DNA of 56,204 nucleotides, from NCBI GenBank assembly GCA_902634185.1, contig CACPJC010000006.1, positions 1 through 56,204 of the forward strand, given 5' to 3'. This stretch comes from an uncultured Candidatus Actinomarina sp. (lineage in GTDB: Bacteria > Actinomycetota > Acidimicrobiia > Actinomarinales > Actinomarinaceae). Made by a program: the position numbers and the translations under genes. Of the stretch, positions 47,112 to 56,204 are shown one piece after another (the stretch's first letter is position 1; each line of letters opens with the position of its first letter). The notes under the pieces were generated by a model. That model had not been told where the DNA came from. It did no database searches and saw only the letters and a list, made by a program, of their open reading frames with translations.

Positions 47112-49205
47112 ATGAAGCAATTAGTTGTTGAAAAAAATAATCCTGAACCAATCTTATGGGAGACCCCAATTCCAAAGCCAGGACCAGGAGAGATACTAAT
47201 TAAAAATCATTACTCAGTTGTATCAACTGGAACTGAAACGGCAGCAATTGAATCTGCAAATAAGTCTGTAACTGATAAATTACAAAATTCATCAAACATT
47301 GAAAAGGGTCTTGAACTTCTTGAAAAAGAAGGAGTGAGGGCTGTTTGGAATGCTGTATTTCCAAAAAATATATTACCTATACAGCTTGGTTATAGCTCAT
47401 GTGGAAAAGTTATTGAAATTGGTGAAAACGTAAAAAGCTTTCATGTTGGTGACATGGTTGTCTCTAATGGTAATCACGCAGAATATGTTGTAGTAAATCA
47501 AAACTTATGTTCTAGAATCCCTGAAAACACAAATGAAAAAGAAGCAGCTTATACAGTCTTGGGAAGTATAGCTTTACATGGTCTACGTTTATCAGAAACT
47601 TCACTGGGCTCAAGAATTGTAGTTGTAGGTTTGGGCATAGTGGGTCAACTAGTATGTAGGTTAGGAGAGGCACAAGGCTCAGAAGTTTTTGGTATTGATC
47701 CTGATGAAACAAGAAGGGGAGATAGTAAAAACTTTTTTTCCTCAATTAATGATTTACCTGTAGAGGAAGTAGATTCGATAATTATCACAGCAGCTTCTGA
47801 TAGTAATGAACCAATTGAAGCTGCAACAAAAATTGCAAGGAATAAAGCAAAAATTGTTGTTGTTGGAGATATTCCTTTGAATATTTCAAGAAATGAGTTT
47901 TACTATAAAGAACTTGAGTTAGTTGTTTCAAAATCTTATGGACCTGGAAGATATGATAAGCAATATGAAGTACTAGGAAATGATTATCCAATTGAATACG
48001 TTAGATGGACCGAAAATAGAAATTTTGAAGCTTTTTTAAAACTTTTATCTCAGGGCCAGATCACCATTCAAGATTTAATTACTGAGGAAGTTGATTTTGC
48101 TGAATCTTCTGAGATATATAATTCCTTTAATTCCGATAAAAAACCTTTGTCAGTCTTGCTTAGATATGATTTAAAAAATGAGCCTAAAATTCAATTTGAA
48201 AAAAATGATATTACCCCTGAAAAAAATCAAAAAATTAAAGTTGGAGTTATTGGAGCAGGCAATTTTGCTTCAACAACAATTATTCCTGTACTAAAGGAAC
48301 TTAGAAGATCTTGTCAGGTATTAGGAGTTTCATCCTCAGGAGGATTAAGTTCCGAGGCTCTTGCTAAAAATTTTAAAATCAAGAATAAATACTCAACAGA
48401 AGACGAAATATTTGAATCAGATGAAATAGATGCTGTATTTATCCTTACTCAACATTTCAATCACGCTGATTTAGTAATTAAAGGAATAAACTCGGGTAAG
48501 GCTGTTTATGTAGAGAAACCATTGGCAATTGAAGTAGATTCAATAACAAAAATTGAAGAGGCTATGTACAACGCGGAAGATCCAAAAATTTTTCTAGGTT
48601 TTAATAGAAGATTTAGTGAAGCATCAAAGTTTATAAAGGAAAAATTAAACACTTCACCAGCCAATGCTTTAAATTTTAGGTTTAGTGTTCCAAAATTGGA
48701 AAAAGATCACTGGACCAATATTAAGGAAATAGGTGGAGGGAGGATAGTAGGTGAAGCTATCCATGCAATAGACTTAGGAACTTATTTCTTTGATTCACTA
48801 CCACAAAGCATATCTTCTCATAGTCCGATAAATAAAGAATCTGATAAAGTTTATGACAATCAAGTCTTTATAAATATAAATTATGCAAACGGTGCGCATG
48901 CTGCAATTCAATATTTTTCAGATACAAATAACAAATTATCTAAAGAAAGACTAGAGATTCATGGAAGTGAAAATTCATTTATTGTTGAAGATTTCCAGCT
49001 AATGAGATATTTAATCGAATCAGATGATAAGAGTAAGGTGTTTTCCGACGGTAAAGGTCACAAACAAGCTATCGAAACTTTTTTGAGTTATGTTAAAAAT
49101 GAAATACCAAATCCTTTTACTTGGTTAGAAATTAAATCCGTTTCACTAGCTGGTATATATGCTCAAAATTATTTAAATTCTGGATCCCAAAAAAGTATTT
49201 TCTAA
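47112..49205 (+). CDS. Bi-domain oxidoreductase (MDR alcohol dehydrogenase-like plus Gfo/Idh/MocA)
   Basis: STGTE, LGYSSCG, GLGIVG, SYGPGRYD, IGAGNFA, VEKP, GFNRRF. Confidence 0.9.
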   Translation: MKQLVVEKNNPEPILWETPIPKPGPGEILIKNHYSVVSTGTETAAIESANKSVTDKLQNSSNIEKGLELLEKEGVRAVWNAVFPKNILPIQLGYSSCGKVIEIGENVKSFHVGDMVVSNGNHAEYVVVNQNLCSRIPENTNEKEAAYTVLGSIALHGLRLSETSLGSRIVVVGLGIVGQLVCRLGEAQGSEVFGIDPDETRRGDSKNFFSSINDLPVEEVDSIIITAASDSNEPIEAATKIARNKAKIVVVGDIPLNISRNEFYYKELELVVSKSYGPGRYDKQYEVLGNDYPIEYVRWTENRNFEAFLKLLSQGQITIQDLITEEVDFAESSEIYNSFNSDKKPLSVLLRYDLKNEPKIQFEKNDITPEKNQKIKVGVIGAGNFASTTIIPVLKELRRSCQVLGVSSSGGLSSEALAKNFKIKNKYSTEDEIFESDEIDAVFILTQHFNHADLVIKGINSGKAVYVEKPLAIEVDSITKIEEAMYNAEDPKIFLGFNRRFSEASKFIKEKLNTSPANALNFRFSVPKLEKDHWTNIKEIGGGRIVGEAIHAIDLGTYFFDSLPQSISSHSPINKESDKVYDNQVFININYANGAHAAIQYFSDTNNKLSKERLEIHGSENSFIVEDFQLMRYLIESDDKSKVFSDGKGHKQAIETFLSYVKNEIPNPFTWLEIKSVSLAGIYAQNYLNSGSQKSIF

Positions 49206-49273
49206 AATTAGCAAACTAAAAAATTAATCACGTTACTGTTACTTTGTCGTAAAGATATTACAAAAGGAAATAC

Positions 49274-49471
49274 ATGCCAAAAGGTAAAGTTAAATGGTTC
49301 AACAAAACTAAAGGTTATGGCTTTATTGAACCTGAAGAAGGCGATAAAGACGTCTTTGTTCATATTTCTGCAGTTAAAAATTCTGGAATGGAAGACCTTG
49401 AAGAAGGTCAAGAGCTTGAATTTGAAATTGTAGAAAATAACGGTAAAACTTCTGCAGAAAATTTAAAGTAG
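49274..49471 (+). CDS. Cold-shock protein (CspA family)
   Basis: [21 protein letters not shown]. Confidence 0.96.
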   Translation: MPKGKVKWFNKTKGYGFIEPEEGDKDVFVHISAVKNSGMEDLEEGQELEFEIVENNGKTSAENLK

Positions 49472-49479
49472 CATTCTAG

Positions 49480-49552
49480 CGGCCACGGCAGGATTCGAAC
49501 CTGCGACACCAGGTTTAGGAAACCTGTGCTCTATCCCCTGAGCTACGCGGCC
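49480..49552 (-). tRNA. tRNA-Arg(CCT)
   Basis: GGCCGCGTAGCTCAGGGGATAGAGCACAGGTTTCCTAAACCTGGTGTCGCAGGTTCGAATCCTGCCGTGGCCG forms a cloverleaf with a CCT anticodon and TTCGAAT T-loop; CCA is not encoded. Confidence 0.96.
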
Positions 49553-49604
49553 ATAAAAAATAGATTAAACTATTATTTCATAAATACTTTTCTATGAAAG
49601 GATA

Positions 49605-50567
49605 ATGTTGCTAGCTGTTGAAGCAAAAAATTTAAAAAAAACTTTCAAAACAAAACAGGGGAATGTTGAAGCTGTTCGAGACGTTAGTTTCAAAGTTAAT
49701 AAAGGTGAGATATTCGGAATATTAGGTCCGAATGGTGCCGGCAAAAGCACCACAATTTTAATGCTTACTACATTGCTGAGAATTACTTCAGGTACTGCAA
49801 AAATAAATGACTTAGATGTCGTAAAAAATGACTCAAAGGTTAGAAACAAAATTGGAATTGCCTTACAAGACACTGGTATTGATAATCTCTTAACAGCAAG
49901 AGAACTTTTTTATACAACTGCCAGGCTTTGGGGACTTTCAAAATCTAAATCTAAAGATAGAACCGAGGAAATGCTTAATTTAGTTGGCCTGACTGAGGCG
50001 GCAGACAGGAGAGTTAAAACATATTCAGGTGGTATGAAAAGAAGATTAGATTTAGGGCTAAGTCTTGTTCATAAGCCGGAAGTTTTATTTCTTGATGAAC
50101 CAACTACTGGACTAGATCCAGGATCAAGACGTGTTTTATGGGATGAAATAAAAAAACTAAGAGATGAAGGCGTAACAATTATATTAACTACACAGTATCT
50201 GGAAGAAGCTGACGAATTAGCAAATAGAATATCAATAATTGACGAGGGACTTGTTGTTGCTGAGGGCACTCCCGATGAATTAAAATCATCAATCGGTGGA
50301 GATGTAATAACATTAACTTTTAGAACAGATGATGATGCGATTAAAGCTCAAACAATTATTGAAAATTCTGATATTGAAGATAACCAAATTAGAGTAACTG
50401 TAGAAAATGGCGCTGAAAAAATTCCAAATTTACTTAATCAACTTGTTTCGAAAGATATAAATGTACAGTCGGTTTCAGCAAATAAACCATCTCTAGACGA
50501 TGTATTTTTAAAGGTTACAGGTTACAGATTAGAAGGTGAAAAAACTTTGATAGAAGAAAGTAAATAA
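49605..50567 (+). CDS. ABC exporter ATP-binding protein (DrrA-like)
   Basis: GPNGAGKS, YSGGM, FLDEPTTGLD, TTQYLEEA. Confidence 0.95.
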   Translation: MLLAVEAKNLKKTFKTKQGNVEAVRDVSFKVNKGEIFGILGPNGAGKSTTILMLTTLLRITSGTAKINDLDVVKNDSKVRNKIGIALQDTGIDNLLTARELFYTTARLWGLSKSKSKDRTEEMLNLVGLTEAADRRVKTYSGGMKRRLDLGLSLVHKPEVLFLDEPTTGLDPGSRRVLWDEIKKLRDEGVTIILTTQYLEEADELANRISIIDEGLVVAEGTPDELKSSIGGDVITLTFRTDDDAIKAQTIIENSDIEDNQIRVTVENGAEKIPNLLNQLVSKDINVQSVSANKPSLDDVFLKVTGYRLEGEKTLIEESK

Positions 50568-50568
50568 T

Positions 50569-51369
50569 ATGAACTATTCAAAATCTTCTTTTTTCACACA
50601 ACTTGGAATTTTGACTAAACGACTTTTATTAAGACTAGCTAGAAGACCACTTGCGGAACTTCCAAATATTTTTATTTCTGCATTTTTTTTACTAGTTTAC
50701 GATGGGGCATTGGGTGGTGTGTTTGGAGGTAATGCTGCCGGGACACCATTTGATTTTGCCAATGGAAACTTCCTAAATTTTATACTTCCAGTTTCTATTG
50801 TCTCTGCTTCTGTAAGCGGTGGCGCCTCAGGAATTTATCTAGTTGAAGATATAGAATCTGGAGTATTTAAAAGATATCAAGGAATGCCAATCTCAAAATG
50901 GGCAATTATTCTTGCTCCAATCGTTGTTGGTGCTGTAAGAGTACTACTTCAAGCAACCTTAATCATGACCCTGGGAAGTATTATTGGTGCTGATCCTGCA
51001 ACTGGATTTATCGGATATTTTGCAGTCTTAGGAATGGCATTTTTCTGGGGAATGGGATTTGCTGGGTATTCAGTAGCAGCAGGTGTAAGATCAGGTTCTT
51101 CTCAAGGCGCACAAGCAGCTACATTTTTATTTTTTCCTGCATTATTTTTAGCACCTACTTTTACTCCAAGATATGCCTTAAAGGGATGGTTAGAAACTGC
51201 GGCAGCTTTTAATCCAACAACTTATGTTTTGGAGGGGATGAGAGCGATAATGATTGAGGGCTGGGTTTCAGACTTAATATTAAAAGGATTTTTAGTTGCA
51301 GGTGGGTTCGCATTTATTACGCTAAGTTTTGCTGTAATTTCAGCTAAAACAGCCACAGAAAAATCCTAA
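50569..51369 (+). CDS. ABC-2 type permease
   Basis: Six TM segments, NPTTYVLEGMR, follows the ATPase gene. Confidence 0.92.
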   Translation: MNYSKSSFFTQLGILTKRLLLRLARRPLAELPNIFISAFFLLVYDGALGGVFGGNAAGTPFDFANGNFLNFILPVSIVSASVSGGASGIYLVEDIESGVFKRYQGMPISKWAIILAPIVVGAVRVLLQATLIMTLGSIIGADPATGFIGYFAVLGMAFFWGMGFAGYSVAAGVRSGSSQGAQAATFLFFPALFLAPTFTPRYALKGWLETAAAFNPTTYVLEGMRAIMIEGWVSDLILKGFLVAGGFAFITLSFAVISAKTATEKS

Positions 51370-51425
51370 TTTAAGTTTTAATTACAAGATAAAATTAATT
51401 AATCTATATAATTCTTAAGGAAATT

Positions 51426-52118
51426 ATGGAAGTTACATTAGAAGCAACTAGTAGAGAAAAAACAGGTTCATCAGAATCCAGAAGAGTTCGTTCATCAGGA
51501 TTAATACCTGCTGTTATGTATGGATTAGGTGCAGAACCTCAGTCTTTATTGATTAACGCTAGAGAGTTTACAACTGCCTTAAAAACTGAAGCGGGATCAA
51601 ACGTAATTTTAAATGTAAATATTGGTAAGGATAATATTCCTGCACTTGCAAGAGAAATTCAAAGACATGCATATAAAAATGAAATTGTTCATGTTGATCT
51701 AGTTAGGATTGACCTTTCACAAACTGTTGAAGCAGATGTTCAAGTTAATTTAATGGGTACACCACTTGGAGTGAAAGAAGAAGGAGGTGTTGTTCAAACA
51801 GTCAATAACACCATATCTATTTCAGCCCTTCCAACAAATATTCCGTCATCAATTGATGTTGACATATCTGAATTAAATGTTGGAGATAATGTTACTGTTG
51901 CAGATATTGATTTACCTGAGGGGGTTACCCTTGCATCTGAAGATGACGAATCTATTCTTGTGACAATTACAATCCCAAGAGCTGCAGTAGAAGAAGACGA
52001 AGTCTCCGACGAAGAACTTGAAGGTGAAGAGGGTGATGAAGAGGCTGGTGAAGGCGAAGAAGATTCTGGAGAGGGTGCTTCTGAGGAACCTGAGGCAGCA
52101 GAGGAAAGTGGAGAATAA
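51426..52118 (+). CDS. rplY: 50S ribosomal protein L25/Ctc
   Basis: IPAVMYG, HVDL, GVKEEGGVV, acidic tail. Confidence 0.95.
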   Translation: MEVTLEATSREKTGSSESRRVRSSGLIPAVMYGLGAEPQSLLINAREFTTALKTEAGSNVILNVNIGKDNIPALAREIQRHAYKNEIVHVDLVRIDLSQTVEADVQVNLMGTPLGVKEEGGVVQTVNNTISISALPTNIPSSIDVDISELNVGDNVTVADIDLPEGVTLASEDDESILVTITIPRAAVEEDEVSDEELEGEEGDEEAGEGEEDSGEGASEEPEAAEESGE

Positions 52119-52704
52119 ATCTAAGATTATTTTAGTTGGTCTTTGGAATCCACAGCTAAAGTACATTAACACTCGTCACAATATTGGTGCTGACATATTG
52201 TTTTCTTATTGTCAGAAAAATAATCAAAATTTAACTTTGGATGATTCTGGAAAATACCAATCATGTAAATTTGATGTTGAGGGAAAGCAAATAATGGTTG
52301 TTATTCCTATGACATCAATGAATAATTCTGGACAGGGCCTAAAAACATTTTTGTTAGAGAATGAATTAAAAGATTATGAACTCTTTGTTGTACACGACGA
52401 TATTGACCTAGGATTTGGTAGATTTAGAATCAAGAAAAGTAGTTCAGATGGTGGGCACAATGGAATCAAATCTATAGATTTAGCTATTGGTAACAACGAT
52501 TACTGGAGATTTAAAGTTGGTGTTGGAAGACCACCATCAACTAAGGATCCCGCAGAATACGTACTCTCAAAATTTAATAGTGACGAGACTGAGGAAGTCG
52601 AGTTTATAATTGAAGATAGTATGGAAATCATTGATTTATTTCTAAAAGATGTTGAATCAGCAATAAAAACAGCCTCGGAGAGAAGAATAATTGATGTGGT
52701 CTAA
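52108..52704 (+). CDS. pth: Peptidyl-tRNA hydrolase
   Basis: VGLWNP, TRHNIG, MNNSG, HDDID, GGHNG; start moved to GTG 52108. Confidence 0.93.
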   Translation: MENKSKIILVGLWNPQLKYINTRHNIGADILFSYCQKNNQNLTLDDSGKYQSCKFDVEGKQIMVVIPMTSMNNSGQGLKTFLLENELKDYELFVVHDDIDLGFGRFRIKKSSSDGGHNGIKSIDLAIGNNDYWRFKVGVGRPPSTKDPAEYVLSKFNSDETEEVEFIIEDSMEIIDLFLKDVESAIKTASERRIIDVV

Positions 52705-53252
52705 TGAAAAATAAATTACCCGACTTACTCGCATGGTTTAGACTTCTATCTTCTCCCGTTTTATTATTCCTGATTCTTCAAGATGGTTCAGAGCAAGGCT
52801 TAATGTTATTCCCAGCAATTCTTGCATTTATTGCTGCATGGACCGATTACTTTGATGGATTTTTGGCTAGAAAATGGAATATAAGTACAAAGCTTGGAGC
52901 ATTTCTAGATACTATTGCAGACAAAATTTTTATTACATTTATTTTTGTTGGATTTTCAATGATAGGAAGAGTGAGTATTTGGATCACAGCTCTTTTGATA
53001 ACGCGAGAATTTATGATTATGGGCCTCAGAGGACTAGCAGGCAATGAAGGAAAGATTATCCCTCCAAGTAAAACCGGTAAATTAAAAGCGAGCTTACAAT
53101 TTTGGGCAATAGGATTTGTTATGATTGACCTTCCAATAGAGATAATTAATGTCAATTTAGATACAGTCGTTGTTTTCTTAGCTTTAATATTTTCCTATAT
53201 TTCTGGATACCAATATGTTGTATCCTATTTTCAATCAAAGAATGAAATATAA
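52704..53252 (+). CDS. pgsA: CDP-alcohol phosphatidyltransferase (PgsA-like)
   Basis: TDYFDGFLARK...GAFLDTIADK, RE, GKLKA. Confidence 0.88.
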   Translation: MKNKLPDLLAWFRLLSSPVLLFLILQDGSEQGLMLFPAILAFIAAWTDYFDGFLARKWNISTKLGAFLDTIADKIFITFIFVGFSMIGRVSIWITALLITREFMIMGLRGLAGNEGKIIPPSKTGKLKASLQFWAIGFVMIDLPIEIINVNLDTVVVFLALIFSYISGYQYVVSYFQSKNEI

Positions 53253-54237
53253 AAATATTTTTTTGACTGGCTCTACTGGTGTTGTGGGAAAGCCTTTACT
53301 AAAGAAACTCATAAACGAAGGTCACAATGTTTATGCATTGTCAAGAAATAAGATAAATGATAAATTTTTGATATCAAATAATACTGAAATTATTCGAGGA
53401 GATTTATTCGATGATGATATCTACTCACAACTTCAGAAAAAATCAATTAATGCAATATTTCATGTAGCTGGGGCAAACCAAAAATGTCAGAAAGATCCAT
53501 CAAGCATGTTTAGAACGAATATTAAAGGAACTAAACAGATGCTAGAACTTGGGAACAAATTAAATATCGAAAAATTTATTTATACATCTTCTGCTGTAAC
53601 TCTTGGAGAAAAAAAGGGTAGTATCGGAAACGAAGACTCCATACATAGAGGTACATTTCTTTCTGATTATGAAGAGTCAAAATATCTGGCAGAAGAAAAA
53701 GCTTTTTCTTTCAATAAAGAGTTTGAATTTGTATCGATTAATCCCTCATCTGTTCAAGGACCTGGAAGAATATCTGGAACTGCAAAGCTTTTGATATCAA
53801 CGCTAAATAAAAAATTTCCACCATTAATTAAAAGTTCTGTATCAGCAGTTGATATTGATGATTGTACAGAGGGCCATTACCTTGGATTAACTAAGGGGAA
53901 GAATAATGAAAGATATGTTCTTAACAGTTTTAGATTGAATATCGAAACACTTATTGAGAATCTAAAGACAATTACAAACTGGAATGGTTCTCCAATATAT
54001 ATCTCAAAACAACTTCTTGTTGGTTTAGGTCCACTCTTTGATATTTTTGGAAAATTTACTTCATTAAGGGAAGTTATATGTGGAGAAACAATAAGAGTCC
54101 TCACTCATGGCCATTTATATGATGGTCAGAAAGCAGAAAAAGAGCTTGGATTGAATTACACATCAGTTGATGATTTTATATCTAAAACCATAACTTGGTT
54201 AAACAGTGAAAAATTAACAAAAGTAGATATCAATTGA
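53242..54237 (+). CDS. NAD-dependent epimerase/dehydratase (extended SDR)
   Basis: TGSTGVVG, YTSS, YEESK; start moved to ATG 53242. Confidence 0.88.
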   Translation: MKYKNIFLTGSTGVVGKPLLKKLINEGHNVYALSRNKINDKFLISNNTEIIRGDLFDDDIYSQLQKKSINAIFHVAGANQKCQKDPSSMFRTNIKGTKQMLELGNKLNIEKFIYTSSAVTLGEKKGSIGNEDSIHRGTFLSDYEESKYLAEEKAFSFNKEFEFVSINPSSVQGPGRISGTAKLLISTLNKKFPPLIKSSVSAVDIDDCTEGHYLGLTKGKNNERYVLNSFRLNIETLIENLKTITNWNGSPIYISKQLLVGLGPLFDIFGKFTSLREVICGETIRVLTHGHLYDGQKAEKELGLNYTSVDDFISKTITWLNSEKLTKVDIN

Positions 54238-54238
54238 C

Positions 54239-54979
54239 ATGAACGATTTCAATAATCTACTTGATATAGTTTCACAATTAAGAAAAGAATGCCCGTGGGA
54301 CAAAGAACAAACACACGAAAGCCTGGCAAAGCATCTGATTGAGGAATCATACGAATTATTAGATACTTTATCAAATTTAAATGACTCACCAGAATCCTTT
54401 AATGACTTTAAAGAAGAGTTAGGAGATCTTTTACTCCAAATACTATTACATTCAGAAATTGCTTCTGAAAAGAATTATTTTTCGATAATTGAAGTGATAA
54501 ATTCTTTACAAAAAAAATTAATAAAACGCCACCCACATGTTTTCGACAAAAAAAACTTGAATTCATCGGAGGAAGTTGAAAAACAATGGGAAGAAATTAA
54601 AAAGGAAGGCAATAAATCTATATTTGATGACATCAACACGAAACTTCCTCCAGTAAATACAGCATTCAAAGTACAACGAAAAGCAAAGACGCTTAATTTA
54701 AGCTATAAAAATTACGATGAGGCTTTGGATGATTTAATTTCTGAAATAAATGAACTTAAAGAAGCGACCACTTTAGAAGATAGAAAGTCAGAACTTGGAG
54801 ATGTATATTTTTCACTAATTAATGTTTCTAGATACTTAGAGGCTGATCCTGAAATTGAGTTAAAAAAATCTATTCAAACCTTTATAAATCGTGCAAAATA
54901 CGTTGAAAAACATATAAATAAAGAAACAGATATTAATGTTCTTTGGCAGGAAGCTAAGAAAAATCAAATAGATTCGTAA
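54239..54979 (+). CDS. mazG: Nucleoside triphosphate pyrophosphohydrolase MazG
   Basis: CPWDKEQT, EESYE, EELGDLL, RHPHVF; lies upstream of eno. Confidence 0.94.
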   Translation: MNDFNNLLDIVSQLRKECPWDKEQTHESLAKHLIEESYELLDTLSNLNDSPESFNDFKEELGDLLLQILLHSEIASEKNYFSIIEVINSLQKKLIKRHPHVFDKKNLNSSEEVEKQWEEIKKEGNKSIFDDINTKLPPVNTAFKVQRKAKTLNLSYKNYDEALDDLISEINELKEATTLEDRKSELGDVYFSLINVSRYLEADPEIELKKSIQTFINRAKYVEKHINKETDINVLWQEAKKNQIDS

Positions 54980-55016
54980 AGATTATTTTTTCTGTTAGAT
55001 TTTAATTAACAGGGTT

Positions 55017-56204
55017 ATGAATAAAAAAATTAAAAGCATTAGTGCTCGTCATATATTAGATTCAAGAGCAAATCCAACAATTGAAGTTGAAGTTACTACG
55101 AGTGATAATATCAAAGGTCGTGCCGCAGTTCCATCTGGAGCCTCAACTGGAGCCCTTGAAGCCCATGAACTTAGAGATAATGATCCATCCTTTAATGGGA
55201 TGGGAGTAAACAAAGCGATAGAAAACGTTAAAACAATAATTTCAGACACTTTAATAGGTGTGGATGTAACTGATCAAAGCAATATTGACAACAAGTTAAT
55301 CGAATTAGATGGAACTGATAACAAAAATAATCTTGGAGCAAATGCAATCTTAGCAGTGTCTATGGCCTCAATGAGAGCAAGTGCAAATCAACAAAACAAA
55401 CAACTTTTTGAACTCTTCCCAAATATTTACGGACCACCTTCTCTACCTGTTCCTTTTATGAATATTCTCAATGGAGGTGCACACGCTGATAACTCTGTTG
55501 ATATTCAAGAATTTATGATTGTACCATTTGGTTTCGAAACTTTTGATACCTCTTTAAGAGCAGGTGTTGAGATTTATCATGTACTAAAGAAAAGACTTAA
55601 ATCAAATAAGCTTTCAACCAATGTTGGTGATGAAGGAGGGTTTGCTCCAAACTTTAATACTTCAACAGAGATCCTTGACGAAATTATGCAATCCATTTCT
55701 GAAGCTGGTTACGAACCAGGTAGAAATGTCTCTTTAGCTTTAGATGTCGCAGCTTCAGAATTCTTTACAGATGATTTTTATAGGATTGAGGGAAACGAAC
55801 TTAACAGCCACGAAATGTCAGATTATTTAATAAATCTATCGTCGAATTATCCGATCATATCAATTGAGGATGGATTAGCTGAGGACGACTGGAATGGATG
55901 GAAATATCTGACAGAAAAAATAGGAGACACAATACAACTTGTTGGAGATGACCTATTTGTTACGCAAGAAAAAATCTTAGAAAAAGGAGTTGCTGATAGT
56001 TGTGCAAACTCAATCTTAGTTAAAGTTAATCAAGTTGGAAGTGTGAGTGAAACAATTAATACGATGACACTAGCCAAAGAAAGCAACTATTCATCTATTG
56101 TTTCGCATAGATCGGGTGAGACAGAAGATACATTTATAAGTCATTTATGTGTCGGCACCTCAAGTGGACAAATAAAAACAGGTGCACCTGCGAGATCAGA
56201 AAGA
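55017..56204 (+). CDS. eno: Enolase, 3' end runs off the window
   Basis: Hand translation: ILDSRANPTIEVEV, VPSGASTG, LGANAIL, VGDEGGFAP, SIEDG, VGDDLFVT, SHRSGETED, GQIKTG. Confidence 0.97.
   Translation, partial: MNKKIKSISARHILDSRANPTIEVEVTTSDNIKGRAAVPSGASTGALEAHELRDNDPSFNGMGVNKAIENVKTIISDTLIGVDVTDQSNIDNKLIELDGTDNKNNLGANAILAVSMASMRASANQQNKQLFELFPNIYGPPSLPVPFMNILNGGAHADNSVDIQEFMIVPFGFETFDTSLRAGVEIYHVLKKRLKSNKLSTNVGDEGGFAPNFNTSTEILDEIMQSISEAGYEPGRNVSLALDVAASEFFTDDFYRIEGNELNSHEMSDYLINLSSNYPIISIEDGLAEDDWNGWKYLTEKIGDTIQLVGDDLFVTQEKILEKGVADSCANSILVKVNQVGSVSETINTMTLAKESNYSSIVSHRSGETEDTFISHLCVGTSSGQIKTGAPARSER

Noticed and set aside
49480-49552. tRNA as an integration site for a genomic island
   Set aside because: No integrase and no duplicated tRNA 3' end seen; the flanks are ordinary genes
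52108-52704. Inactive Pth because of GLWNP in place of GLGNP
   Set aside because: The catalytic Asn, His (TRHN), Asp (HDD) and GGHNG residues are all retained

Overview
A very compact, AT-rich bacterial window with about 60 CDS, one tRNA-Arg(CCT), many overlapping genes and no mobile element or CRISPR array. MshA, an InhA-type FabI, the acyl-CoA carboxylase pair and extreme streamlining suggest a low-GC marine actinobacterium (Acidimicrobiia, Ca. Actinomarina-like; this is inference). Housekeeping content: class II ribonucleotide reductase with tandem NrdR boxes, mshA, rimK, tnaA, a GH57 glycosidase, pntAA/AB/B, an archaeal-type GAPDH homologue, ppdK, a FAS-II/biotin cluster, a cold-shock protein, an ABC-2 exporter, rplY-pth-pgsA, mazG and eno. 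The most unusual region is a divergent respiratory locus (10540-19327). The minus strand carries a cbb3-oxidase-like ccoN/ccoO/cytochrome c operon whose CcoN homologue has lost the canonical heme/CuB histidines. The plus strand carries a b6f-like split Rieske/cytochrome b complex with a ferredoxin and a diheme cytochrome c. Three proteins from the two operons share a ~30-aa N-terminal helical module on a Pro/Ala/Glu linker, and two copies are encoded by a perfect 174-bp repeat. This suggests an undescribed docking system joining a pseudo-oxidase to the bc complex. Two hydrophobic micro-ORFs missing from the ORF track and widespread leaderless promoters are also visible.
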